Of a stretch of DNA of 49,834 bases, positions 37,301 through 40,122 are shown piece after piece. The stretch's first letter is position 1. Each line of letters starts with the position of its first letter. The notes under the pieces were generated by a model. The model was not told the DNA's origin, searched no databases, and saw nothing but the letters and a program-made list of their open reading frames with translations. A program made the position numbers and the translations under genes. The stretch lies in IMG/VR virus record IMGVR_UViG_3300012953_000046, positions 1 through 49,834 of that record. One strand, written 5' to 3'. This stretch comes from a virus. Lineage: Duplodnaviria > Caudoviricetes.

Positions 37301-40114
37301 ATCAACCGTGTTACTAGGTATGAGGTAGGTTGGGACTATAACACTGACCCTGCATTGGTTACTCTAACTCCAGAAGTTGAAGTTGGATTTGACCGTGCTG
37401 AGTATAGGATTAGAATCAATCGTGCTAACAACTTCAGACGTGGTGACGTACTAAGTTACATCCCTGCATCTGATACATCATTATCTGGATTGACAAATCA
37501 ACCTTATTTCTACTGCTTAACTGCTACTGCACAGTGGTTTGAAATCGGTGCTTCTTATATTCACGATGGTAGATTTAGAGTCTTACAGGTAGACACCTCT
37601 AACTCTGGATCACAAATCATGGCAGTTGTACAGAGAAGTGGTATTACACGTAATGCTCCAGTCTATGCAATAGACCCATCTGATACTCCAATACAAGGTG
37701 GATTTAATCCTGCTGACGTTATCTACGGTAGTGTTTCTGCTGCTGAGTCTGAGATAGGAAGAATCCAAGATAACGAAGCAAGTATTGTTAAGTTAGCTAC
37801 ACATTATCCTATCACTGGAATGTCAACCACACAGGGTGGTGAATATGAGATCTTCGCAAATGGTGAAACATTACAAGTCCAAGGTGCTACTGCTAACACA
37901 GGTGTAGTATTACAGACAGCAAGATCTACTGATGGTACATCGATAGTTAAACTACAAAATATCGCTGGTACAATTAATCAAAATGATGTATTGGAAGGTG
38001 CAACAACTGGTGCAACAGGTACTGCTGGTATCCCAACTACTAGATTCTTACTTAATGTTTCCTTGGGAGCATTCGCTACAGGCGATTGGTTCTTCTCTAA
38101 GGCATCAAATACTGAAGGATTCATTGACAACTATAGCAATAAGTCTGGATCACTAACAGGTAATACTGGTGGTCGTATCACGATAGACGTTGAAACAATT
38201 GATGAGCAGTGGGTACCTGGTGATATTATCTACGGTAGTGTTACTGCATACATCCTTTCAGTTAAGGGTATATCTGGCACACAGATTCAACTCAACCAGT
38301 ACATACATGGTATTGCGGTATATGAATTAGATCTCGGAGTTGCAATTATTGATATCGGCACTAATGATACATTCCGTGTTGGTGATGAAGTATCACTCCT
38401 ACAAGGTACTGCTGAGAAGAATCCAGGATTCAAAGCAACTGTAACCAAGTATATCAATGGTTTAGAACTTGAGAATACAGATCCTAATTATGGCATACAC
38501 AAACTTTGGGTTGCTAACGTAATCCCAGTAGGCACAGGTGAAACAATAGATGCTGTAACTGCTGGCACAAATAACATTGGTAAGATTGATCTTGGATCTA
38601 ACTTCCCAAGCATATATGCTAACGTTACTAACGTAACTACAACCACTTATAGCTCTTACGCTAAGGTTGTATCAATCGAGCAAGTTGGTATTACTGCTGA
38701 GATCTGGGTAGAAGCAGCAGATGGCGTTTTCGTTGATAACATGTCCATCATTTCCGACTACGGATGGGGTGGTGCAGTTTCATCTGCTCGCACACTTGAG
38801 GGTAGAGTTGATCGTTACTTCAGAGGATTTGACGGCACACAGACACAGTTTGACCTCACCATTTCTAATGGTCAGGCATACTTCCCTGATCCTGCTGGTC
38901 ATATACTCGCATTCGTTAATGGTATCTTACAACCTCCAGGTGGTAACAATGCTTACGTTGCATTCTCTGACAAGATTCAGTTCTCTGAGCCTCCTGTAAT
39001 TGGATCACAATTCGTTGGTTACTACGTTGGTAAGTTACGTCAGTTAGACGATATCAGTTATGAGTTTGACTCATTGAGATCTTCATTCAACCTTAAGCGT
39101 AGTGGATTATTCTACTCCTTGACATTAACTGAAGGTGTTTCATCTAACGTTATCCGTCCTGAGAATAACATTCTCGTATCACTTAACGGTGTTATACAGG
39201 AACCTGGACTCGCATATGAGATCGTTGGTTCACGATTAATCTTCGCTGAAGTCCCACGTGCGGGATCAACCTTCGTTGGTTTCTCATACATTGGATCTGA
39301 CGCAGACGTTATCGCAGCAACCGTTGTCCCACCAATCGAAGCTGGCGACAGACTTGAAATAGACGGTGAAGAATTTGCTCGTGAGGTTGCTCTAATTGAG
39401 TCTTCTAACTCACTAATCACCTTCGAGTACACTGGATCTGTTAAAGGTAGAAATGCTGATGCTATCGCTGCTATCACCTCTGGACAAATCACGAATGCTA
39501 ACCTAACCAATTCTGGTGATGGTTACGTCTCACGTCCTAACGTTGACGTTATCTCCTCTTCTGGATTTGACGCTCGCATCAAGGCATTGATGGGTGTTAC
39601 TAGAATTGATGTTAAGACTTCTGGTATTGGTTATTCCTTACCAAACGTTGCTATCGACAATGAAGTACCTGACAGTTTCACAACTCCAGAAGGATCTCCT
39701 GTTAACGGTGGATTCGACGTACTCGCTGGTGAAGGTAGCGAATACACAGGTGGTGGTGGAGATATCGTTGCTGGTACAATTGCAATCACGCAAGACCCAG
39801 TTAACGTGACAGTTAACCAAGGTTTCTCTGCTGCATTTACAGTTGTTACTACCGTGACTAACGGTGAGACAATGAATTATCAGTGGCAGAAGAAGGAGTA
39901 TGGCACACAGACATGGAGCAACATTATTGGTGCTAACCAGTCAACATTCAATACTCCTGCAACTACACAGGCAGACGACAGCGATGAATATCGTGTTGCG
40001 ATCACTGCATCTGGTGCAACTCCAGTTTACTCACTATCTGCTGTATTGAGCGTCCAGACAGGTGCTACTATAATCAGCAACTTCACACCTAACCTCATCT
40101 TCGATGACATCTAA
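10346..40114 (+). CDS. gp7: giant (9922 aa) gp7-like baseplate wedge initiator / multidomain fibre protein
   Basis: Lies between gp6 and gp8; VESQLPDFI...FL.EYY N-terminus; IKNISDFYVSKGT...LFKILFG (~12440-12517) and IQDSFFYQNFSY...HPAGFNMFG (~20963-21082) gp7 core motifs; many accessory domains. Confidence 0.85.
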   Translation: MSPITKNINVSDRVESQLPDFIRQEDRQLVNFLFEYYKSQEKTGRPYDILNNLLRYLDLDNYTSEELSSSTSLLKDIGVSDPKIEIESIDGFQAQNGSIMIDNEVIYYEDVTRGPDVIITPGISFPQFNKKKQQLENPFPLFDGVETVFPMSFLGTPVAPPSAEHLVIITYNTMLVPGTDYSINGLNLVFNEPPRDRTGGDDSEFTRVTYLVGYADQEIKVADTIPWQEWQNTKIYPLRIDGVSYTPTSEIGLIINKNGKLQVPYEDFTVFQDKVVFKNAIGAADLIHIRSVEYVAPSYGSGAKAIAQVDDLGQIQALIPKVGGSKYRLDFNPKVTISHKEGINATAKSLIGGIKDVNLLDGGQGYSSYNPPIPVVVVPNDSNGTIAELALTVNDETGMVETLSITNSGSGYNFIPAISFKNPAGATNGAPTIDGEGRVNLGSIEVLTMGSGYSNPPIVYMDPAPEGGINAQAVTKINQDGQVYEVQVVNRGRGYVTPPRVKIIDPIGAQVLDVTVASGSVTNIEMLTGGSGYTDAPSVYIVDDRKDGYGELIGGTGATAAATIFNGEITDINITNFGTGYSAEFPPKIYIADPRSARASVDVGFDQVTGFDIIEKGSGYSPSAFLGCSRGVSGPVEYDNLHNEIYAGEAALRQSNHLAGGTVINLDTLFIKEVFDKFRRQYLPTIDIDFSEVNPVQVIKNISDFYVSKGTKLATQYLFKILFGQDVDLYYPKDEIISPSYATWVVDTILRAELIEGDPVNLLDAQINQYADAVDTSVTDASALIENVITIIEGTDTIYELAISEETLVGNFIIPYKTRLVEPLTTTGQIITVDSTIGWPERNGTIRINDQEQVQYKEKSLNQFIECTRSKNGVVEDWDPGTIIQSDIYIYTNFGTANECKLRVLGIAEAGTTVLNNTGSYYLGGDKLKVANLGSTAEELRLQSWLYNVKKLIQVTSITPGGVNNQTATVVCGNPHGLLVSDQVTIYGANPVVYNGTFTVTSRINEFEFSYRINTPTEIIPAGNILLSVDLNRGKSDVTSINKVISEFTTNIQNSFFNDQYVYVAASGLPNYKIGPFTGSALIPGNQRKLLRFPRTVQTISERQTINPGTPIGSWVNGVSIWSYKSRDYVQYGPLTNISVTNNGEGYDAGAKPNVEIEGGGGANAAAEVVVNGSLDSFNVTTEGTGYTESPLVSIVGGGGIGATAQAVITGGRVTRILVEQPGTGYTSQPSVSITGGGGVGAEATASVRGPIQSVNVTNFGSGYTSLPEIKVNSGENALAQPIVLNGRIVSIAIINSGNSYTTAPNVIINGDGFGAIAQATIGTIGEDKGRVLGVTITNKGIGYTQGMTTVRLEAVGQLASFAPTVYQWNRNLEYELGVESNKYDFARGYVFTGYNNQFGGEYAHLSDPKELRYVVGDNVFLNPVTQQFQELASNFEHSPVIGWAFDGNPIYGPYGYIDPTDQNSGIRRMRTSYKQKENVVYDEVTNPDPSRIDGPPISTYPAGTFVDDYFYDFQSGDLDQYNGRFCKTPEYPGGTYAYFITIDASDAGLAQFPYILGPQFNSLPDAWNFTQAATQENIPDGVVRYRDPYTDVDIDIDRQPNQTADIFTTEIEGYPIIFEIQDSNNDGLIDANEQQELLEMSEEATLQIYDYFPRVSAESRVDIEVETTTQFENAQIDGFVIENPGESYQVDDTIFFDNEGTGGFGASAIIESVKGQNIIGYQKEIIGDRPYGVITTDIGHELRQQDEIIINSRPVIDNTQKTFKVKVVTGVESISVTQAGTGYNNDIPPTFELITPAGQDASLQLVLENTGQINKVNIINSGNGYDSNDPPQIRVSHPQQYKKTRYWITEYLEASGIITIHDMVTTIERYTYICGSILETDGDQAGIIVKFDDLGQKVWERNLLPLNSGTKKAEFIKMHIDASAENDIIYIVGQTYDPNNPNYNPDIWLGKYESGFNNANAPDGILLWQKAIAGISGSTRRDWITSLALDQEGRIYLAGYTDSNSPDPNDMWIIQCNLDGDLVEKRKIASADDSEMINQIQWISDDRFFFVGVNDDNDDCIFGVFWYDGANLEIEYIRQIPTLGGYVRNPKFTVDEYGDCILVWDVYNSVLSKYDRVQISKFPIATANTQWEWQKTVTVSGAIDSINHAGINVDVFGNYSLVTDVIEAQNQRYSVIHYLKYDGTVIKETKIDDTVNIGFKAKTHTVDNSGDPILVLDRQQSDQIAAYRFNDTNDLDYDFTKQNLATMTFSSVPDSTFDDAVYKFGNGSLKLSAPSPVKLASYGMTDKEWSFRVWMAMNTTAHATNHKPLLFDVIPVAGDSIQVEMDGDQNSANYEKAVLYVNSVQVATSATAVNWTTFGSAQWVHVTFQKREESLGLYQYELFLNGNLVANFQSTSDISVNNVGVAGKYTGSSSANCFIGNIDDLVIDNIAPYNTAYSAPGEEIPVTTNNSDSVLIKFDRLHSKRDSYTLTDTTKYTDISFTDIETATTWADLGLSALSAWTPGAGGLQILDMSQVIATLNPSSYTFTTNKAEYATKTSTIPSPLGKKLTISADVISKFYMRDALYQKIDNVMEFTFSQDLKLTKGTILQQFNDAGVTQAYGTIVNVPEGTLLQPGYGNKYQVGKIYGTFNNTDRYRTVAGDVNQIEGTYFDTIEEENPWASGTAYALGDTVYNGKRIYQAQGAGTSGTIAPVHTAGVASDGVINWAFLDTSGKFTIDLTQHPYPRPQWTGMDMPEWLPDRLYVVGQRVWYRLNIYEVAAGGGGVSGNTAPIHSTGDDTDGGVTWTHISTEEAISVYTRLMGYDQGNNYMVQIMEVQPGSVYIPGDVVSINSGNIVLAEDEKSTEIVGFESVKKIRVTARLEKDIIRSSTVRTNYVYCTSNSAHNFGAGNIIFTEGFTTAQFNGSFFIDQIMGSREYTFAIRAVADSDPAFTNNAIAGVNIYAKHPTLDFTRNHQYVFDLSDTSNFGYYLSFSQDNQYKLEYSFNNIERSGTPGIPTSPAPFVKFSVLGDVTNISYYFDPSRTGADSPVGDNSFIDVIKTPFDGTFRISEVPTDTSFKFQLDKEPERMNAEVGNDEFDQPYSYYSTTSLRAVGPINTIQLVSPGGFYQKLPIINDIASFRQIEKVVVNDGGTEYAPGVYYDIPILGDGEGGKATITVEVDDTIGSGTITAVAVTDPGKGYTTASIDIDAITGILGATLAGSGGSVTVVIPSEGSGASVFLTGTNIGKIKRLKNNEFGFGYSHDYTLKPEITFPVNLQLFNTSILSQIKITDPGSGYTSTPAVVIEGGGGSGAEALAIIKNNRLSEITIKNPGSGYSSEPTVTLKSEFNYVVNLDLNYLQFNFPHGITTGAEVQFRSDDVGSTVGELPKPSTAGLTSLVAGQTYYAIAGEASGLEPDQLRFGLTKASAQGGSYVTFLTQGSGRQTLLTEVFGGKATAVVETSRFLEGETVYQGSSIETQTAIGKVSTNTGWQLGPKILKIVDYTGDWAEGERVQGEISKASGIIDNFSIARGVLNIGSLTKTPGRFIDDVGKPSEIVQKIQDSFFYQNFSYVVKSEIPITEWKAQVLENNHPAGFNMFGQLQLTGGKDVSGRKIGTEFTKKVNIQNYSNVNQITSFGAAQPIYTDYNNTEVLFRKKRLTSSEEILTSIVKKLDDISGQFNGIDKQFPVTVENEQVIVKQDQLMITLNGVIQSPGESFTIVGGNIVFAEPPKPPSKVNYRILGVTPTPIYRIALYQSGGTANYGIFPSIGQQIQGESSDVVATVIDSGTNHLDVINLVGGTFDLNEQIVRGEIFAALVESVTLVNSETIFEFGEAVTNLEGDTAYIEETNITTEGVITDRLVVSKTSGTPRFETGIFDLRLNEYIYSASSKIAGQITYIAPYTDPVTGDPVDELIINKGSTFFGLLFERLVSLTNPNVILDDISQSSITPTELNNSAERINADFLDFEEVRTTEITYSQLTGGVLEEGEVIRNKKVIYGNPVSAFHGIAANRFLDGKRNIANNKQVIIDFAEASIAVEFEDYYFPSDIITNSWSRYKDAYRFIQKNRALIIGMAFDDMKTQYPGSTIPSDDKCKRDIGLFVDAISIDAYSGGNRYSRKFIQQFFDTNGNLTYVNAQAAETRFAYEKAKDRCLVAITNGYSGTINAVNSGDSWVAYQDLTITADPSPNDAYGTAGSNTSNTDSENCSDVQSALSTLWEFIDEALNISSLTELPDEAVGEYSPHQEKCRRDLGYMIDSIAEDLGSGGNYNTVEFTKKFFDAAGVPLTNGIVGEETEAVFAFNSAKTLMYQAINNLMYWKELNTAGYNLNDPTTYSGGVAPAQTYDANYASGNNQDINNCANVKSYVDTLAGLATTAMTAGNLTNINNLALVSDGTFVANETVRTTKLAFKDKSTGLFITNDQIKGITSGAVFSAIGVNSGLKWLFAGPITGTFQNGEYLTNSTLTNTNCSQSVIIKKAELQGTKSILIPSNGQIVFNESKDFEFGTGDFTIEGWIRPGVNVGTQVIVDFRRLSAANGLNILMDGQKLKVYNGTTNTILSTDVFATTGTWYHISVCRSSGVTQAFVNGSQVGSNYVDTNDYLYGGLKVGADFNLANGWNGHIDNFVVKKGVGDRQANFTSPNTIDYTLDTIVAGLDGEAPFVCSTTDCYATFCGQNSSSATAKSVDYADRDIIVEDVDTGRAEQKRCADIIDLNGAWIAEEAVGRMKVAFPDFTIRGDDPGNNIYGGTNLCVRDTKDYILGALIKDLREGGDFHTIYTARTYLTASGKLDHIAAEILQSLYTWNEVFKIVNVVITTTSTDLSGEYSTRLRIPNNFSSPASSATTDEIATLGDNLLKVVAPMDQRFREGGYQLWKNRDYIAEEVAGYIQDKYEKDIDGITFDFLEMPGYGQPYCERDIKDFILPAVIADLATGGTYQTEAVIDKYLDNQNNVIHVEAELNPMLDAFDYTKMLCLKAINNLLMSPGEASSELGAGAPTYTQEEYYSPQWTARSSYRDETIVLDTEAYPQGPTGRNSNDRYLDAADVIWNNRKIISKECVAIMNDLSKFENLQIPGGAVNCEDDVLDMIEAAVHDLRFDCNEKTYDAAALYIETENNSLKHIEGEWEASITVVKILRDIMTMTMRNAFGRDYIEGTDLQTTPVQSYEQNPREVMYQKCGDAIDGNIRYIAEQAVAAGLVQFPNLLIPGGPANCVHDVTDILRSLAFNLKYGGNNWMQYSAEFYTTYNGALDHVAAQSTETIWIMNKAKEFALRAMKGQVITNNAGHNIDQRFYDAVPRPNNSLFNSVADTGIITGQPNSLVTRSFIAGEDKISTTDSGTGIVTSEDAVFRCVTKLPSSPIDCCLFEAGDSTSGVWLGIRDSGTYFRLRAGDGTNAYTGGANNNDNGLAMLDLQISGLSSYFDDGDHEIVWEIRIGGNITTGSGRVKLWIDGTPIGEASTPGASYTGLTGGGGIFASSNFAGYAIGGGSLVNGESASINTFTINVGPAPKIEYDITHAAYDSSNGDMVMTVGSHNHTVGTFLSLATNSINFTCDQDNNASTHSYPRSGDPAGNAAVEVIAVGATAHTIDSASYNPENGSMSITLPNHGMSDSTLHTISDATYDPDTGLLVCQSTAHGFQTGDQVQIKNGSLIFTCAQDNHNTKHGYPRAKDPAGDAWMLVEQVTTNSFTVNVGQTPKIEYDVSDADYNQIDGELELEIGQHRFVGATHHVASHAEYTADKGLLKLTVSGHKITKGEQIQIFDNSMTFTCSMDNYYSEHVYPRSSDPASDKWLDVVESDIPGGTFTVNVGVSPTVGWNPTAASFNSTTGQLELTVGSGHGLTTGTNIKIASQSLSFTCDMDDNKSIHSYPRHVDPIHNEPTPIVGVTNTTIIVNVGKTPEQQYNVSNATFTPADGKLVLTTDRKTTLRQSSEHSIAGATFDGQTGLMRLKVTNHGFSAGDYVKVADGGVSFTCDMDQNSSVHAYPRATDPMSDKWMDIRNVSKDEFDVYVGRTPQIPFLATAGEFAPLTGHLKLTIGDHNLSSGKNIMLAKEAITFTCFLDAHQSPHAYPRSTGSNYVGNGGADPFYNKPCPIIHDGSPLTATTGTSYNPTTGIMTVACDSAHGMSNGDQVKFKENAVTFTCLEDNNGTNHAYPRSGDPYANRWITVSNVGLYTFDVQVLSYAPSTNTTTHTFVQGSSGGITKKDGTITLDVGASSDTTDHIFVPHPGYTPSTIVYNPTTGVMNLTINGHGFENGDKIKIDDNALTFTCAMDNHATDHTYPRASDPSSGKWLTVSNVTEQSFDVQVLTTIPQSNTTLHTFKSANPNCVKRASFISGGIYNHTYSTSVTNCVRHAGDSVRIKDNGLTFKCAADGNSSNHSYPRSAVTTHTPTSVSYDPVIGRINFYINNHGFLPFSHIKIADNSLLFTCKKDADSTGHQYPRSTDPISGKWVPIVDVTANTFSVEVLDVIPSTNTTQHSFVSCDNNCITHKKDHFYDTNIPVWEIGETDHTPSTISYNPTEGSMQITVANSFAGPNELTPSNVTFYPTTGILRLTQNGHTVKNGDMMMIRDSVFTFRCDKDSQASDHLYPRPSDPVSGKWLKAFNIGSNTYDLQVGNLYGDSPISNTTTHVCTVIQTGAIYHANDFVRFDENAITFTCSKDNNQTNHTYPRRSDPTYRQWLPIRNVSATGFSVQVGKSAINDVYDHQFVSVDPNSLHRQTGTVTLDVGNGQITNPTTHVFQSAVSGALVAGGQYAHTYIPGTETYTVTDANYLPATGMMTLTIPNHGFHDGESIKINNNSLTFRCLQDSLGSDHSYPRSSDPVSGKWITISNCTDNTFDVQVLENVPSTNTTLHQFQSATPNGVTRAQVVTGGNYSHKFVAPSQLTPTNVAYNPSTGIMTITSTKHGLKNGGRIKVQDGFVTMTCTQDSNQTNHSYPRASDPYSDEWMKVSNVTEDTFDVQVLFNIPSSNTTTHTFVSAVPKSITVATLMKGNDSIKIAANSLTFTCAKDGNSTNHTYPRLTDPAYNNSLRIIDDGVTRHTPTGATYTPSSGTLVMTVSKHGFSNGDFIKLDDYALDMTCTMDDNSSNHAYPRGTDPVSGKWVQITNVTTDTLEVNVGSTSAATFTPTDADYDAYTGILDLNIGNHSLKQGQHVKLADGAVTFTCDMDSNGSQHAYPRTTIDSFTPTGADFNGETGYLTLTLENHGMDNGSLIKIADNALSLNCTMDGNTSTKTYPRSSDPISGKWKTVENKTDNTIDIFVGKSEFRSFDPQNVSYNQSNGNMVITVGPDHGIEVNDSIYINEYSMTFTCAQDNHSSDHTYPRANGVGGATANDPAFRDAVNVTAVDDSTITINVNSSPSGSSNHAHIFKPAVGRTPSNVTYSGASGVMTITMEDHGMLDGEQVMIEDNALIFTCSKDDHATEHAYPRHGDPASNKWLTISNVTQDTFRVVVLDKIPSTNTSTHTFVTAKVNSILRGTIRKGGSFSHTFVSAVGGGVTHKRDRAYDHSIEIKDVGHAEYTASGAAYNAETGVLTLTVLNNPFSNGNRIKLKPNSITMTCDMDGNATNHSYPREGIDPSYDKWLEVSGVSGNNLNVQIGTTTRANYLVSDSTYDPTTGDMTLKIGPHGYHGGSSHTITNASYDPISGDMVLTIPAHGFTIGDRVKVAPDSLSFTCGMDGNTSTKTYPRTTDPKYNQWMTISDITHDTFKVNVGTSPQSSHNVTNANYNPTSGDMELTIGSHTLDVGDSIRIKPNSLTFTCDFNGDGNTTNKTYPRSSGASTANGKDYAYDTALPISAKTATTITVNVNGNQGAITDVTTHNWAGGTSAGAVFSGGGYAHTFINAGINGLKVSHEAIWIENESLVFKCGLDSFATEHKYPRANGQGGASADDPYYDTSIPIQTVTADSITVNVGISSNISDHTFVRSENAFTPTGASFTPGSGALVLTIAGHPFANGDKIQIKDESIVFRCQQDSYGSNHAYPRKQDPASNNAWLTVTYIDANSFSVNVGTSSNTTTHQFQSAETGAVIRGVVKGGGSYTHSFVSALADGIQWENSTIKLDVGESHATGYGVSAASFVPGTGLLTATIGNHQLKVGNYVKIANKSMVFRCDQDGQASDHWYPRPTGFGGASGNDPAYNNRVEITAVTGNTITVDVGTSSNTTTHAFQNANSTYNTRTASYNPGSGVMTLSIPKTTKTASGAAYNPTSGTLELTIGSGHGLTTDDTIKLLPNSLVFTCDYGGDGNVTQETYPRAAGAATSSGADYAYDAELDITATSASTITVNVNGGQGAVTDTTAHVFQSATANGILVGNGFINGEYVKIADDSLTFTCGKDNNITNHSYPRSSDPSSGRWLKISNCNCDTFDVQVLKDIPSTNTTVHNFVSSTAANVTRSVITIGGEYNHTFHSAASNGVTVGGNYTHTFASAKNNSLHRQSGKITVDVNIAPSSADLYDHTFVSALAGAVIGGGSYRHTFVSAETNGVIKANDYVMFDDFSLGFTCDLDKDVTPHTYPRPTDYASNQWLPVHNVATSTFDVGVLGFDMIPSTFLGTHTFSHAKKKGLKKQDGTITVNVGKSPAGNTYQHTFVSANAGALVQGGNYRHTFVSAAANCITVANDGTQLTPTDAYYEPTSGQLTLTVAGHSLGTDDSVVIASNSLTFTCAQDSNTTNHTYPRITDFADGMKLPVQNVKSWAWPTRSDLDYYRSRLVDPAYTGNESSAVENEIGNLVTFATDAFSSPNTIAGRSYTLPTVWPVKYTPDVVARDLTITYDTSGGGQDANGNWVGTCNETASAISTIADIYIQTISQAQNNNQNYLVNNVTKTFPSAYTNTVYQSGTCYNVQSAIDTLFDSMTSTLGAGTYNNKIIANMILFNQQAIAGRAFADTQASYPTTTLTIDFCNDVLKAVRYDLITGGNAGSFSLTQLWFDGEGNFIAFPDVVRSQILFALTRCREYIKSIMYLAVADSVWSQYDVWQPTDRLEWNQEAVEFIIDSSLNPIEFALERSQFPTEARVTFVASTDAINRVTRYEVGWDYNTDPALVTLTPEVEVGFDRAEYRIRINRANNFRRGDVLSYIPASDTSLSGLTNQPYFYCLTATAQWFEIGASYIHDGRFRVLQVDTSNSGSQIMAVVQRSGITRNAPVYAIDPSDTPIQGGFNPADVIYGSVSAAESEIGRIQDNEASIVKLATHYPITGMSTTQGGEYEIFANGETLQVQGATANTGVVLQTARSTDGTSIVKLQNIAGTINQNDVLEGATTGATGTAGIPTTRFLLNVSLGAFATGDWFFSKASNTEGFIDNYSNKSGSLTGNTGGRITIDVETIDEQWVPGDIIYGSVTAYILSVKGISGTQIQLNQYIHGIAVYELDLGVAIIDIGTNDTFRVGDEVSLLQGTAEKNPGFKATVTKYINGLELENTDPNYGIHKLWVANVIPVGTGETIDAVTAGTNNIGKIDLGSNFPSIYANVTNVTTTTYSSYAKVVSIEQVGITAEIWVEAADGVFVDNMSIISDYGWGGAVSSARTLEGRVDRYFRGFDGTQTQFDLTISNGQAYFPDPAGHILAFVNGILQPPGGNNAYVAFSDKIQFSEPPVIGSQFVGYYVGKLRQLDDISYEFDSLRSSFNLKRSGLFYSLTLTEGVSSNVIRPENNILVSLNGVIQEPGLAYEIVGSRLIFAEVPRAGSTFVGFSYIGSDADVIAATVVPPIEAGDRLEIDGEEFAREVALIESSNSLITFEYTGSVKGRNADAIAAITSGQITNANLTNSGDGYVSRPNVDVISSSGFDARIKALMGVTRIDVKTSGIGYSLPNVAIDNEVPDSFTTPEGSPVNGGFDVLAGEGSEYTGGGGDIVAGTIAITQDPVNVTVNQGFSAAFTVVTTVTNGETMNYQWQKKEYGTQTWSNIIGANQSTFNTPATTQADDSDEYRVAITASGATPVYSLSAVLSVQTGATIISNFTPNLIFDDI
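15880..17000 (+). other. beta-propeller-like region within the giant protein
   Basis: Repeated K.D..G...W.R/K and LALDQEGRIYLAGYT / DVFGNYSLV blade motifs. Confidence 0.6.
17005..17660 (+). other. LamG/concanavalin-A-like domain 1 within the giant protein
   Basis: KFGNGSLKL...WSFRVW...QWVHVTF...LFLNG...FIGNIDDL. Confidence 0.75.
18326..18715 (+). other. two CBM5/12-like carbohydrate-binding modules within the giant protein
   Basis: WASGTAYALGDTVY...APVH...DGVINW and WLPDRLYVVGQRVW...APIH...DGGVTW. Confidence 0.6.
22307..26160 (+). other. phycobiliprotein/globin-like helical repeats (six with C-x-R/D/H-D motif), interrupted by a LamG domain
   Basis: KCKRDIG, KCRRDLG, LCVRDTK, YCERDIK, NCEDDVL, NCVHDVT, each followed by ...DL..GG; preceded by R..DA...I..N...I...A helices and P-x(3-4)-PGG-type loops. 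Confidence 0.6.
23720..24250 (+). other. LamG/concanavalin-A-like domain 2 within the giant protein
   Basis: FEFGTGDFTIEGWIRP...TWYHISVCRSSG...FVNG...WNGHIDNF. Confidence 0.85.
26790..36310 (+). repeat. about 30 copies of a ~90-110-aa repeat (Y.P..G.M.LT...HG...GD.IKI....L.FTC..D.....H.YPR..DP....WL......TF.V.V....H.F)
   Basis: 30 C-x2-D...YPR motifs counted by hand in the translation. Confidence 0.9.
39776..40055 (+). other. C-terminal Ig-like domain of the giant protein
   Basis: ITQDPVNVTV..G..A.FTV...YQWQK...W.NI.GA......D..EYRV...S.SAVLSV. Confidence 0.8.
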
Positions 40115-40117
40115 ATA
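40111..40117 (+). promoter_or_regulatory. late promoter-like CTAAATA overlapping the giant-gene stop codon
   Basis: CTAAATAATCC; the same 11-mer occurs at 41712. Confidence 0.6.
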
Positions 40118-40122
40118 ATCCC

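Noticed and set aside
10346-40114. Intein or intron explaining the size of the giant gene
   Set aside because: No intein splice-junction context, LAGLIDADG/HNH motif or frame interruption recognised; the size is explained by structural domains
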